The notes under the pieces were generated by a model, which was not told where the DNA came from, did no database searches, and was given only the letters and a program-made list of their open reading frames with translations. Shown one piece after another: positions 30,822 through 40,926 of a stretch of DNA of 64,000 nucleotides. Source of the DNA: Candidatus Poribacteria bacterium (lineage in GTDB: Bacteria > Poribacteria > WGA-4E > PCPOR2b); assembly GCA_965215015.1 (NCBI GenBank), contig OZ244042.1:3936001-4000000 (forward strand), read 5' to 3'. Position numbers and translations under genes: made by a program. The first letter of the stretch is position 1. Every line of letters begins with the position of its first letter.

Positions 30822-32561
30822 TTAAGCCACTCTTGTGACATAAACGTAGTAAGCACCGATCGACCCCCCTGTATCATCAGTCAGAAATGTCCGTAGCTGC
30901 ATCTCACCGGCGGTGAGACGAAACCTAAACGTAACCCCCTTTGCGGCCGAATGAATTGACTGTGTAGCCTCCTGATTACCGACACATAGGCGGGCAGTTT
31001 TCAAATTGAGAGCTGCCCCACCATGATACCAATCGATGATTTCACCGGGAATCCCGGCGGTAAGTGGCTTATCCTCCTCCTTGGGCCACCGACGCAGCTC
31101 AAAAGCATATTCTCCATCTGCAGCGATTTCGATTGCCCAATGTCCGTTACACACAAGTCCCTGACGCACCTGTCCCTGATTCCAAGCGTGATTTTCGCCG
31201 TGCCAATCGTGACTGGTCAAGACGGACACTTTTTCGTTCGCCGTGCCCAGCACAATCGGAGGGTCTTCATCAAAACGTGGCGACACCAGTTCCCACCACG
31301 CTTCGTAATGTCGCCGCAATTCCTCGACAATCTCCGGATGCTCAGGGGCGATATCGTTTCGTTGTTCCGGATCCGTTTCTATATCGTAGAGTTCAACGCC
31401 GTTAATCAGACGCCAACGTTGCGTCATGGTCGCGCTCTGCTTCCACTTAATCGGATGTTCAACCCGCTGGGAGTCCGTCACGATGGTGCGTTCAGGCAAT
31501 GTTTCCGTTTCTCCCCTGAGAAGTGGTGCGAGGCTCATGCCGTGAAAACTGCCTGCTCCGAAACCAATCTGTGAAACCTCTAACTGGCAGAGGTCAATTA
31601 ACGTTGGGAGTAGATCGATATTCGCGGTGAGTTGGTCAATATCCCTGCCTTCCGTGAATCCACCATTGGGCCAATACATGAAAAGCGGTACACGATGCCC
31701 CCCCTCATATTCCGAGCCTTTCCGCCCCCGCCTTCCAGCGTTGAAACCTTCCCTGACGAATTGATTCTGGTCAAGCGTACAACCTTCAGCAGAGCCGTTG
31801 TCAGTCATAAAAATAAGAATTGTGTTATCTTCAATCCCAAGCTCCCCGAGATGATTCCTGAGTCGCGCCAGATTCTCGTCGATATTAATAATCATACCAT
31901 AAAAGTTTGCCCTTGTATCGGGAATGCGTCCGCGATACGGTTCACTGTAGGTATTCGGGACACGGTAGGGACCGTGTGGGGCGTTGGTTGGAAGGTAGCA
32001 GAAGAAAGGCGAGTCCCTATTTGTTTTAATGAACCGCATTGCCTCATCGAACCAGACATCGGTGCAATAGCCCTCAAACGGTTCTTTGACTCCATTGCGG
32101 GCGTAGGTATCGTCGAAGTAGTCATTTCCCCAATGGTCGGGCGTTTGGCTAATCCCGCCGCCACCGTGATAGAGTGCTTCTTCAAACCCTCGGTCATGGG
32201 GTCTATAGGGATAATTGTCCCCCAAGTGCCATTTGCCGAACATGCCCGTTCTGTAACCATTTGCCCGGAAAATATCCGCCATTGTGCGCTCATCGTTGCG
32301 GAGAAGTGAGCGGCCACCGATGGTATGCCACACGCCGGTGCAATTACAGTAACGCCCGGTCATAATACCGGCTCGTGTGGGAGCACAGGTAGGACCGACA
32401 TGAAGGTTGGTTAAACGAAGGCTTTCGCTGTGTAGACTATCTAGATTCGGCGTTTCGATTATCGGATTCCCATGACAGCTGAAATCCCCGTAGCCTTGGT
32501 CATCGGTGATGACAAAGACGAGGTTCGGTTTTTGTTCCATAGAATCAGTGGATATTGGCAT
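30822..32561 (-). CDS. Arylsulfatase (S1, Cys-type)
   Basis: PNLVFVITDDQG, CAPTR, GKWHLG, TDNG; no signal peptide seen. Confidence 0.95.
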   Translation of the reverse strand: MPISTDSMEQKPNLVFVITDDQGYGDFSCHGNPIIETPNLDSLHSESLRLTNLHVGPTCAPTRAGIMTGRYCNCTGVWHTIGGRSLLRNDERTMADIFRANGYRTGMFGKWHLGDNYPYRPHDRGFEEALYHGGGGISQTPDHWGNDYFDDTYARNGVKEPFEGYCTDVWFDEAMRFIKTNRDSPFFCYLPTNAPHGPYRVPNTYSEPYRGRIPDTRANFYGMIINIDENLARLRNHLGELGIEDNTILIFMTDNGSAEGCTLDQNQFVREGFNAGRRGRKGSEYEGGHRVPLFMYWPNGGFTEGRDIDQLTANIDLLPTLIDLCQLEVSQIGFGAGSFHGMSLAPLLRGETETLPERTIVTDSQRVEHPIKWKQSATMTQRWRLINGVELYDIETDPEQRNDIAPEHPEIVEELRRHYEAWWELVSPRFDEDPPIVLGTANEKVSVLTSHDWHGENHAWNQGQVRQGLVCNGHWAIEIAADGEYAFELRRWPKEEDKPLTAGIPGEIIDWYHGGAALNLKTARLCVGNQEATQSIHSAAKGVTFRFRLTAGEMQLRTFLTDDTGGSIGAYYVYVTRVA

Positions 32562-34464
32562 TATCGTGTTCCTCATTCAGAGGGACGAGTCGCAAGCTCG
32601 GATCGCAGAGATCGCAGCTTCCGCAACGGTAACCCTCTTTGACGGTTTCCCCGAAATACTCTCGTACCAGTCGCCCGCGACAACCTTCTGCGAGCGCGTA
32701 AAAGACAATCTGATCAATCTGACGGTTCTTACCGAGAAGGTAGTCCTCAAACCCCATCTGATCTGCGGACATTGAGGCGAGCAGATCGCTGTCTTCAAGC
32801 AACTCAATTAATACCAGATCTTCTGCCCCCCAATATCTCAAATATCCTTCGCTCTGTAAGTCGATTAGCTGCTCCATGAGTCGGTCAGGACGCCAATCTA
32901 TCTCTCGACAAAAATCTAGTACCTGTAATTCGGATCGAGAGCGTAAGTGGCGCAGTAACATCTGCTGTGATTCGTCGAAAATTTCTACGTTTTTGACAGG
33001 CTCAAATGACGGTGTTCTCACCGACAATTTTGAAGGGACATTATACAATCTCCGTAGGAAACCGAGCTTCTCCAAGTGAATAATTCCCACTCGGATTTTC
33101 CCTTCGTTAAAACTACTCAACCACTCTAACTCCTCTTGTGCAAACAGCCGAAAGTTGTCAACCGAGGGGAAGGTTTCAATGAGTTTTAGGAGCTTGAGAA
33201 GATCCGGTTTATTTGGCGCGCTCTCCTTGATGAACCATTCATGCAACTTTCGGTCGTCCGGGCAGTAAAACAGAATACAGTGAGCGGTTACATCATCACG
33301 GCCTGCGCGGCCCGCTTCTTGATAGTACTGTTCCAGGGTACCTGTCATTGTCCAATGAATGATATATCGGATGTCAGATTTGTCAATTCCCATCCCAAAT
33401 GCGTTGGTGGCAACAACCAAATCGAGTCCATCGGGACCATCGTCGAAGAACCGATCTTGCACCTGTTTCCGTTCAACATCTACGCGTCCGGCGTGATAAA
33501 AATCGGCACGGTGCCCCCGCTTCTTTAGATACGACGCGATCTCCTCAGTTTCGCGCCGACGGCCGGCGTACACAATTCCCTTTGGAGTGAGCGTATGTAA
33601 ATCGTCCGATTTACCTAGCGACCCCCTGCCCGTTAGCCGCTGTAGGTGTTCATCGAGAAGCAGATACTTTTCGGCATCCCCCGAAACTTGGCAAACGCTG
33701 AATTTCAGGTTGGAACGTTCAATACCGCGGGTAAAGGTCTGGGGTGGTCGAATTTCTAACTGCTCCAAAATGTCTGCCCGTACATCAGGAGTTGCTGTTG
33801 CTGTGAACAGCGCAATTGAACTCGGATGCAATTCACGGATGGCGTCTTGGAGCGCAAGATAAGAAGGGCGAAAATCGTGTCCCCATTGAGAGATACAGTG
33901 TGCTTCGTCAATTACAAACAGGGAGATCTGGTGTGAATTGAGCAGGTTCAGAAACCGCCGACTACGAAAACGCTCTGGAGCGATATAGAGCAACTTGATT
34001 TCCCTATGTTCTAAGCGTTCTAGCTCCGCACGGTACTCCTCCCAGCTCAGACTGCTGTTGAGTAGTGCTACTGCATAAATTCCATGCTCCCGTAATGCAT
34101 CGACTTGGTCTTTCATCAAAGAGATTAGTGGGGAAACAACTACTGTTACTCCCGGTAGCATCAACGCCGGCAACTGATAACAGAGTGATTTTCCATAGCC
34201 TGTTGGGAAGGCTGCAAGAATATTCTCTCCATTCAAAATCTTTTCTATAACTTCATGCTGTCCATCTCGAAAATCAACGTAGCCAAAATACTTTTGGAGT
34301 GCGGTGAGTAATTCATCTGTGACTTCACCTTGGGTATCATCTGCTGAGGCTGGGGAGACTATGGGCACTTCGCCGGGTGTGTTGAGGAGTTCATCTATGC
34401 TTTGAAGAAGTGCTTGGGGGTTTTTCATCGTAAAAAAATCAGGTATCATCCAATCGGCTTTCAC
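32545..34464 (-). CDS. recQ: RecQ family DNA helicase
   Basis: PTGYGKSLCYQ, DEAHCISQWGHDFRP, YYQEAGRAGRD, C-terminal Zn Cys cluster; no HRDC. Confidence 0.9.
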   Translation of the reverse strand: MKADWMIPDFFTMKNPQALLQSIDELLNTPGEVPIVSPASADDTQGEVTDELLTALQKYFGYVDFRDGQHEVIEKILNGENILAAFPTGYGKSLCYQLPALMLPGVTVVVSPLISLMKDQVDALREHGIYAVALLNSSLSWEEYRAELERLEHREIKLLYIAPERFRSRRFLNLLNSHQISLFVIDEAHCISQWGHDFRPSYLALQDAIRELHPSSIALFTATATPDVRADILEQLEIRPPQTFTRGIERSNLKFSVCQVSGDAEKYLLLDEHLQRLTGRGSLGKSDDLHTLTPKGIVYAGRRRETEEIASYLKKRGHRADFYHAGRVDVERKQVQDRFFDDGPDGLDLVVATNAFGMGIDKSDIRYIIHWTMTGTLEQYYQEAGRAGRDDVTAHCILFYCPDDRKLHEWFIKESAPNKPDLLKLLKLIETFPSVDNFRLFAQEELEWLSSFNEGKIRVGIIHLEKLGFLRRLYNVPSKLSVRTPSFEPVKNVEIFDESQQMLLRHLRSRSELQVLDFCREIDWRPDRLMEQLIDLQSEGYLRYWGAEDLVLIELLEDSDLLASMSADQMGFEDYLLGKNRQIDQIVFYALAEGCRGRLVREYFGETVKEGYRCGSCDLCDPSLRLVPLNEEHDNANIH

Positions 34465-34559
34465 CGGAGATACCTATTACGCATTTTTATGCTCAGTTGT
34501 CTTAGTAGCGATTTTCACGATTTGTCTTGGTAGGGTCTAGTTTCTATCATAATCCAAGT

Positions 34560-34938
34560 CGCTAGTAGTAGGCATATTGCTTTGAATCCCAATCTTATCG
34601 GGACTCTGTATGCCGTAATCCTTGGGCAAACTACGACATAGTGCAGTGAGCCTACTGCAATTACACTAGCGGGCCAATGAACTAATAAATCAACATAGCC
34701 CTGGCAAGGCGATATGTATATAGAATGCGTGAAATGTCGTGCGTAAACAGTCAGAGTTGCGATTCGGAGAGTACGTCTCCTATCCTATGTTTTGTGCAGG
34801 TTAAAAACTCTCCCGGAACAGAGGGAGAATTTCGATTCCCGACTATTGTGTCGGTTTTAGACGCTTGGTTTACCAACTAGCAATTTGCGTTATCATAATC
34901 ATAACGATGAGTTTGGGCGGAGTTTTCGCAAAACTGAG
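34560..34938. repeat. Mosaic of degenerate palindromic repeats
   Basis: ATCCCAATCTTATCGGGA, GTGCAGT..ACTGCA, CTCTCCC..GGGAGA, CGTTAT..ATAACG; no ORF in track. Confidence 0.45.
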
Positions 34939-35580
34939 TTAAGAATTTAGGGCCCATTCCAATTTTTCGTTTTTTAAGTACGGAATTAAAAGCGTCTGAA
35001 GGCGTTTATGGGCATGGTGGAGATGTGCTTTGATGGTGCCTTCGGATCGATCCAATTGCGCGGCAATCTCCTTCAATTGAAGCCCATCGTGATATCGAAG
35101 GTTAAAAACACGCTGCTGTTTAGGCGGCAGTTGCTGTACCGCTTGACCAATGATGTACCCAAGTTCTTTAGATTCCAACTGATCCGGCGGCAGCGGACTT
35201 ATATCATTAAACGTCACTTCATCATTACCGCCTGTGGCTAAGTCATCAAAGGATAAGGTCTGCCCGCGTTTTTGTTGGCGAATAAAGTCAATACACAGAT
35301 TAATAGCAATCCGGTAGAGCCAACTGTAGAATGCCGATTGCCGTTTGAAATGAGGCAGGGCGCGAAAGGCTTTGATAAAAATCTCTTGAGAAAGGTCTCG
35401 TGCAGTTTCAGAGTTAGGCACATACTTATAAACCAAGTTATAGATCTTCCCCTGATATCTGATGACTAGCTCATTAAAAACTTCCTGTTCACCATTTTGG
35501 AATCGTTCAACAAGTTCTTTTTCGTCGTTAGGTAGAGGTGTAGGTGTTGAAGATGTGGATAAAGTATTACATTGAATCAC
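34939..35580 (-). CDS. ECF RNA polymerase sigma factor (no adjacent anti-sigma)
   Basis: DLSQEIF..FYSWLYRIA; LPPKQQRV..EIA..SEGTIKAHL; GTG 35580 has AAGGAG RBS. Confidence 0.92.
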   Translation of the reverse strand: MIQCNTLSTSSTPTPLPNDEKELVERFQNGEQEVFNELVIRYQGKIYNLVYKYVPNSETARDLSQEIFIKAFRALPHFKRQSAFYSWLYRIAINLCIDFIRQQKRGQTLSFDDLATGGNDEVTFNDISPLPPDQLESKELGYIIGQAVQQLPPKQQRVFNLRYHDGLQLKEIAAQLDRSEGTIKAHLHHAHKRLQTLLIPYLKNEKLEWALNS

Positions 35581-35660
35581 GTTGCATTCTCCTTTACAGT
35601 GCGAAACAGGCAATGCGTACAGGTACGCAGCAGCTGATACCAATCTTTTTATTACACACT

Positions 35661-35700
35661 AACCTGTATCAAATTGTTCCAACTTGTATCAAATTGTTCT
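35661..35700. repeat. 20-bp tandem direct repeat
   Basis: AACCTGTATCAAATTGTTCC / AACTTGTATCAAATTGTTCT (18/20 identical). Confidence 0.85.
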
Positions 35701-35734
35701 CATCTCCTGAATTTCTATGCCCTGTGCTTTCAAC

Positions 35735-35764
35735 TTGACATTGGGTTTAAATCTCGGCTATAGT
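35735..35764 (+). promoter_or_regulatory. Putative sigma70 promoter of kinase-cysC
   Basis: TTGACA-18-TATAGT. Confidence 0.55.
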
Positions 35765-35881
35765 AATAGATTAACCTGCTAATTCAGTAGGGGTTCAAAA
35801 GTGAGACAATCAATCCAATTTTGCTTTTTACGCTTTTTACCTAGAGTGCAAGTATTTTGCCATTAATGCTTTCACCTGCTT

Positions 35882-37285
35882 ATGCGCCGATATAGTATTC
35901 AAAACAAGATTGTTCTTCCGTTCATTCTACTCTTCACGGTAGTTATTTTTCTTGAGCCGCTCATTACGATTGCGCTTTTTGATCGGAAATACAATGAACA
36001 GAATAGTTTAGAAACCCAGAAATGGGTTCAGGCGATTGTGAATACCGGCTATATTCACCAGCCAGAGAAGGTTAAGGAGGCGTACGGTGCGGAGGTAACA
36101 GTTGTGAGTAGGGACAACACAGTGAATTACACCACTCTCCCCGGAAATTGGGCAAATTTCGCTGATGATATGAAGCTGCAGGAGGTCCGTAAACGCATCA
36201 AGGAATCGAACCGTGACTTTGTTTCACAAAATGTGATGGTCAATGGCAAACACTATAAAGTTATCTATTACCCACAAGCGTACGATCGGTTGTACTGCCT
36301 GATGCGTCCTATAGATAAAATCGCTGATGCAAAGGGGGACATCACTTTATTGATGTTCGGAATTGCGGCTGTCGTCATCTTATTAGTTACACTTATCAGC
36401 CATCTTATCGGGCGGAATCTTACCAATCCGATCAAAGACTTGGTACAATTCACGCGGAAGGTTGCCGGGGGTAACTTGAACGAGCAGTGTGAGGTGAAGA
36501 CACACGACGAAATTGGTGACCTCACTGTTGCGTTTAATCAAATGACGCGTGATTTGCGAAATTCGCGGAATGAACTGATAAGTGCTGAACGCCTCGCCAC
36601 AGCGGGAAAAATGGCAGCATCATTTGCCCATGAGATTCGGAATCCCCTCTCGTCAATGCGGATGCTAGCGCAAATGCTAATGCGAAAAGAAGATCTCCCA
36701 GAATCAAAGCGAAAGCAGTCGATGCAGTACATCCTCGAAGAGATTGAACGGATTGATGTTATTGTCAAAGGGTTCATGGATTTTGCTCATCCCGCAGCAC
36801 TTCAACTTGCTCCCCACGACCTGAATCAAGTTTTACAGGAGGTCTTGGATTTGATGGAGGCTAACCTGAATCACCATCAGATTTCGCTAATCAAGAGATT
36901 CGCCCCCGATCTCCTACCGGTTTCGTTGGATCGGGATAAGTTGAAACAAGCGTTTATGAATATCGTATTAAATGCTATGGATGCGATGCCAGAAGGCGGT
37001 ACATTGGAAATCGTGACGTTACAGGGTTCAGATAAGGTCCGTATTGATGTCGCAGATACGGGAATTGGTATCTCACCTGAAGATTTAAACCGCCTTTTTG
37101 AACCTTTCTTCACGACAAAATCACAGGGAACCGGACTTGGATTAGCAAATGTGAAACGCATTCTTGAACAACACGGTGGAGACATACGGAGTAAAAGCGT
37201 CGTTGGGCAGGGAACAACGATATCGCTTTGGCTACCACTGTCTAGTAATTCCTCACCTTCAAATTTCAAAAAAATAGGAGAATAG
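35882..37285 (+). CDS. Membrane sensor histidine kinase (HAMP-HisKA-HATPase)
   Basis: Two TMs, [19 protein letters not shown] box, DTGIG, GTGLGL. Confidence 0.96.
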   Translation: MRRYSIQNKIVLPFILLFTVVIFLEPLITIALFDRKYNEQNSLETQKWVQAIVNTGYIHQPEKVKEAYGAEVTVVSRDNTVNYTTLPGNWANFADDMKLQEVRKRIKESNRDFVSQNVMVNGKHYKVIYYPQAYDRLYCLMRPIDKIADAKGDITLLMFGIAAVVILLVTLISHLIGRNLTNPIKDLVQFTRKVAGGNLNEQCEVKTHDEIGDLTVAFNQMTRDLRNSRNELISAERLATAGKMAASFAHEIRNPLSSMRMLAQMLMRKEDLPESKRKQSMQYILEEIERIDVIVKGFMDFAHPAALQLAPHDLNQVLQEVLDLMEANLNHHQISLIKRFAPDLLPVSLDRDKLKQAFMNIVLNAMDAMPEGGTLEIVTLQGSDKVRIDVADTGIGISPEDLNRLFEPFFTTKSQGTGLGLANVKRILEQHGGDIRSKSVVGQGTTISLWLPLSSNSSPSNFKKIGE

Positions 37286-37286
37286 T

Positions 37287-37904
37287 ATGGCAGAACAAAA
37301 GGCAACGAATATTACTTGGCATGAAGCGAATGTTGTCCAAACAGACAGAGAAAATCTTCTCAATCAGAAAGGAGGTGTCATTTGGTTCACAGGGTTGTCA
37401 GGCTCTGGCAAATCCACGCTTGCCCTTGAAGTGGAAAGTAAATTATATCAGCGCGGACATCTTACCTATGTCCTTGATGGCGACAATATCCGACACGGTT
37501 TAAATAAAAATCTCGGCTTCTCTCCTGAAGACCGGGAGGAGAACATCCGCCGCATTGGAGAGGTTGCGAAGTTGTTTGCCGATGCCGGTGTTATTTCGAT
37601 GACAGCCTTCATTTCGCCGTACCGTACAGACCGAGACAACGCACGGGCCCTGCTTGACGACGGGCGATTTATGGAGGTCTTCGTTGATTGTCCGTTGGAG
37701 GTGTGCGAAGCACGAGATACGAAAGGGTTATATAAAAAGGCGCGGGCAGGCGAGATCAAAGAGTTCACGGGAATCAGTGCACCTTACGAAGCACCGGCCC
37801 GGCCGGAGCTTACTGTGAATACAGGCAGCCAAACGCTCGAAGAATGTACCGAACGCGTCATTGCACTTCTCGAAAGCAAAGGGCTTATTTCTGTATCACA
37901 ATAA
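37287..37904 (+). CDS. cysC: Adenylyl-sulfate kinase
   Basis: [28 protein letters not shown]. Confidence 0.98.
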   Translation: MAEQKATNITWHEANVVQTDRENLLNQKGGVIWFTGLSGSGKSTLALEVESKLYQRGHLTYVLDGDNIRHGLNKNLGFSPEDREENIRRIGEVAKLFADAGVISMTAFISPYRTDRDNARALLDDGRFMEVFVDCPLEVCEARDTKGLYKKARAGEIKEFTGISAPYEAPARPELTVNTGSQTLEECTERVIALLESKGLISVSQ

Positions 37905-37920
37905 GGGGATTAGTGCAGTC

Positions 37921-39141
37921 TTAAAATCCCATCAAGCCACAGCAGCGACGGCAGACAGGCATAGGCCCGTCGGTGCTGATAGAATTGCGAAATTTGCGGG
38001 CAGCGGCGTTATTCCACATATCTTCGACAGCGTCCGTTTTGATGTTGCCGATGATGTAGTCATGGTAATCACGGCAGAGGCTAACGTCGCCGTTGCTGTC
38101 AATCTCCATTGTCATGTAAATGCTGACACATTGATTGTAACCAAAAACCTCCGTGTGATCGGTATAGTATCGCTGGATCTCGTTCCGCGTGTTAAGTTTT
38201 GGCATCATCATTGGTGGGCACCGACGTGTCTCTTTCGATAGTTTTTCCATCTCCTCAAACTTATCAAGAATGATACCGTGATTAAAATCTTTCCACGTCC
38301 CGATCCAGCCGTAGTGAGTTTGGGGCTTGAAACCGAAACGCCCCTCAAAATCTTCGGTATGTGCTTGTGCGGAATGCGAGTCGATCCACCACGTTAGGTA
38401 GAAAATCTGTGCATCTGCGTACTGGTTCGTGAATTTGTAGAGATCGACTACGTAGTCAATATTGTACATCGTGATACAACTGAGCGGGACGATGTACGGA
38501 AACGCAAGATTCCGACGCCTCTTTTCCTCGCTTAATGTTTCAAGTGCTGCTTTTACGTCCTTAAAGTTATCATAGTTTTCCGTGACCCCGGGACGCTGAT
38601 TGTTGTGAATATCTTCATTTGGTCCGTCAACGCTCAAATAAAGAATTTTGCATGTTTCGAGAATGTCCTCGGCGCGCCTAGCGAGATGGGTGCCATTTGT
38701 CACGAGCGAGATTGGCATATCCCGTTCTTTGATGTAATGCAGCAGTTCAAGTAAACCGGGATAAAGCATCGGCTCACCGCCCCAGATATACCATACAGGC
38801 GACCAGCCGGCATCAATAATCTGATCAACGAGTCGCTTGTAAAATTCAACGGGGACCTCCCGTTGCTTCAGTGTTTTGAGGGATTCGCCAAGCAGATATC
38901 CATTATCTCCCCACTGCCCGCAGGAATGACAGCGCAGGTTGCACATATCCGTAATTCGTAAACTCACCAGCTGGACATCGTCGCCTTTGCCGTGCTTGGC
39001 ACCAAATGGGTGTCTCCAATTAAAACTTTCCTTTGCCATCTGATATTTCATGAGCGCGTAGGAAGTGAACCAATCATCTGACATTGCGGTTGCCAGTTCA
39101 TTCACAAAAAAACGGGGTGAAACACGACTTCGAATTGCCAT
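37921..39141 (-). CDS. Radical SAM protein with SPASM/twitch domain
   Basis: CNLRCHSC, GGEP, C..GDVSLC..GNI..W..CRRCC. Confidence 0.93.
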   Translation of the reverse strand: MAIRSRVSPRFFVNELATAMSDDWFTSYALMKYQMAKESFNWRHPFGAKHGKGDDVQLVSLRITDMCNLRCHSCGQWGDNGYLLGESLKTLKQREVPVEFYKRLVDQIIDAGWSPVWYIWGGEPMLYPGLLELLHYIKERDMPISLVTNGTHLARRAEDILETCKILYLSVDGPNEDIHNNQRPGVTENYDNFKDVKAALETLSEEKRRRNLAFPYIVPLSCITMYNIDYVVDLYKFTNQYADAQIFYLTWWIDSHSAQAHTEDFEGRFGFKPQTHYGWIGTWKDFNHGIILDKFEEMEKLSKETRRCPPMMMPKLNTRNEIQRYYTDHTEVFGYNQCVSIYMTMEIDSNGDVSLCRDYHDYIIGNIKTDAVEDMWNNAAARKFRNSISTDGPMPVCRRCCGLMGF

Positions 39142-39199
39142 AATTTTCCTCTCTGTTACAGGACGTAACATCTAAATGAACTTATAAACGCTTGAATGT

Positions 39200-40438
39200 C
39201 TAAACGGATCTCTCTCCATTTTTAACCTTTGTTCCATCGTCTTCTGTGACCCGCCCTAAAACACGAGACCTTGTCGCTGAAAGAATTTCGTATTGAACAC
39301 CGCCCCATACAATCTTGTTCTGGAATAGTGCATACACCGCATTCAGGCCCGCGAGAAACATCGCTATCGGCACGACAAGCGAGGCGGTTCGGAGGGTTTC
39401 ACGTATTTTAGGCATCTCTCTCAGCCAGCGGGGCAAGTTTCGTGAGAAGACACGATAACTTTGAATTTCGATAAATGGAACAAGGAGGATAAGGAGAAGT
39501 CTATCGGAATAATAGAATGTAAACGGAATTGAGCCGAGAACAAGCAAAGCCTTCGGCAGAAGGACCAACAAGGTGCCCCACCACTGCGCTTTAAGCCCCA
39601 TCCGAAAGGTCATCACTATTTGCCGGTTGGTAAACTCTATGACCTGTTTCCATGTTCGTTTCTTAGTATGGGTAATCGCGATGCAGTCCGGCACAAAATG
39701 AACCTTGCGTTTAAGGGATCTCACCGCATACGTCAAATTGTGGTCTTCGATGGTTGCATTGTCCCAACGTTGCAGTACCTTGCTTTTTTCAAAAGATTCA
39801 CGACGGATTGCGTTGGAGCCGCCCCAAACCATAGCGAGTGGATGATCACCTTGCAAGGCAATCTGAAAGTTGACCCAGACTGCTTCGACAAGCGATGCCG
39901 TATTCAAGGTATGTGGAAAATAAAATCTCGCCCCTACTGTTGCACCGACAGTTTGATCCTGAAGCGGTTGGACGAGTAGTTTCAACCAATCTCGCTCAAT
40001 TGCTGCATCCGCATCAACAAAAGCGATAATCTCAACATCGTCTGGGAATGTCGCGATTGCTGTCATCAAATTTTGCACCTTCTGCGAGCGTGGCAAGGAG
40101 TTTTCCACGATGTTCGGTGCGAGCAGTGTATGGACATTGGGGTGTCCTTCGGCTATCTTAATCAGATGCGGATAGGACTCATCGTAACCCGATTCCCCCA
40201 TGGTGTGCGTGACAAAAAAGACCTCATACGCGCCCGCATAATCCTGATCCAGCAGTCTCTTTACATTTTCTGCTGTCTGGTCGTCCCAGCCATAATGCGG
40301 TGCGATGATAGCAGCTTTCGGGGTATAATCTGGTCTTTTCGTTTTTCTTTCACGGCGTGCGTATCGGAATGAGTTAAGGATTAGCAGCACTTCTAAAATA
40401 AGGGTAAAATAGACTGCTCCAATAATGTATGAGATCAT
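39200..40438 (-). CDS. GT2/GT21 ceramide-glucosyltransferase-like glycosyltransferase
   Basis: N-terminal TM, QDY, SQKVQNL, DAD, WGGS, ED, C-terminal TMs, WGGVQY. Confidence 0.85.
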   Translation of the reverse strand: MISYIIGAVYFTLILEVLLILNSFRYARRERKTKRPDYTPKAAIIAPHYGWDDQTAENVKRLLDQDYAGAYEVFFVTHTMGESGYDESYPHLIKIAEGHPNVHTLLAPNIVENSLPRSQKVQNLMTAIATFPDDVEIIAFVDADAAIERDWLKLLVQPLQDQTVGATVGARFYFPHTLNTASLVEAVWVNFQIALQGDHPLAMVWGGSNAIRRESFEKSKVLQRWDNATIEDHNLTYAVRSLKRKVHFVPDCIAITHTKKRTWKQVIEFTNRQIVMTFRMGLKAQWWGTLLVLLPKALLVLGSIPFTFYYSDRLLLILLVPFIEIQSYRVFSRNLPRWLREMPKIRETLRTASLVVPIAMFLAGLNAVYALFQNKIVWGGVQYEILSATRSRVLGRVTEDDGTKVKNGERSV

Positions 40439-40551
40439 GGGGTAGTATACAATAAGGTTTGAAATAATTAGTAACTTAACACAACTTCATCTTAACATAC
40501 ATGGACAGATTCGGTCAACACAAAAATAGACGGGAGATTTGTAAAATTTGT

Positions 40552-40775
40552 TTGACGTACTCCCAAGGATAAATGTTTCTTAACCCTGATTTATCGGGGC
40601 TTGGGATTATTATCCTTCCGATTATGTCGGGGCGGATTTATATGGATGCCAATGAAACTTGACACCTATCACCTATGGGGGGCAGCGCCCAACTACAGGG
40701 TAAAAGAGCCCACCCTGTGGGGCAGGTTTGGAAGGTATATTTCTCCGATAACCCGGTGGACCCAAGCCTTAAAGG
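40552..40775 (-). mobile_element. Non-coding IS200/IS605-type remnant
   Basis: Minus strand ends AATCCCAAG..ATTTATCCTTGGGAGTACGTCAA; CCTTTAAGGCTTGGG at the other end; internal stems. Confidence 0.6.
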
Positions 40776-40926
40776 TGCCAATTTATCGAACATTCTCGGT
40801 GTTTCTCTGATCGGAAAGATCAGGAAAGGTCTGAACTTGGGCTTGTTGTAAATTTGCTGTCAGTATAAACGGGTGACGTGTTATTATATATGCAACTGTT
40901 GAGATTAAGTTACAAAGGAGTGTTTT

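Noticed and set aside
31023-32309. 183-aa and 225-aa plus-strand ORFs
   Set aside because: Antisense to the sulfatase, with no recognisable motifs.
34465-34938. Hidden anti-sigma gene after the second ECF sigma
   Set aside because: No ORF in the track and no ZAS motif seen; the region is a repeat mosaic.
35661-35700. CRISPR array
   Set aside because: Two adjacent units, no spacer, no cas genes.
40601-40810. 69-aa ORF
   Set aside because: Lies within a structured mobile remnant; no RBS or motif.
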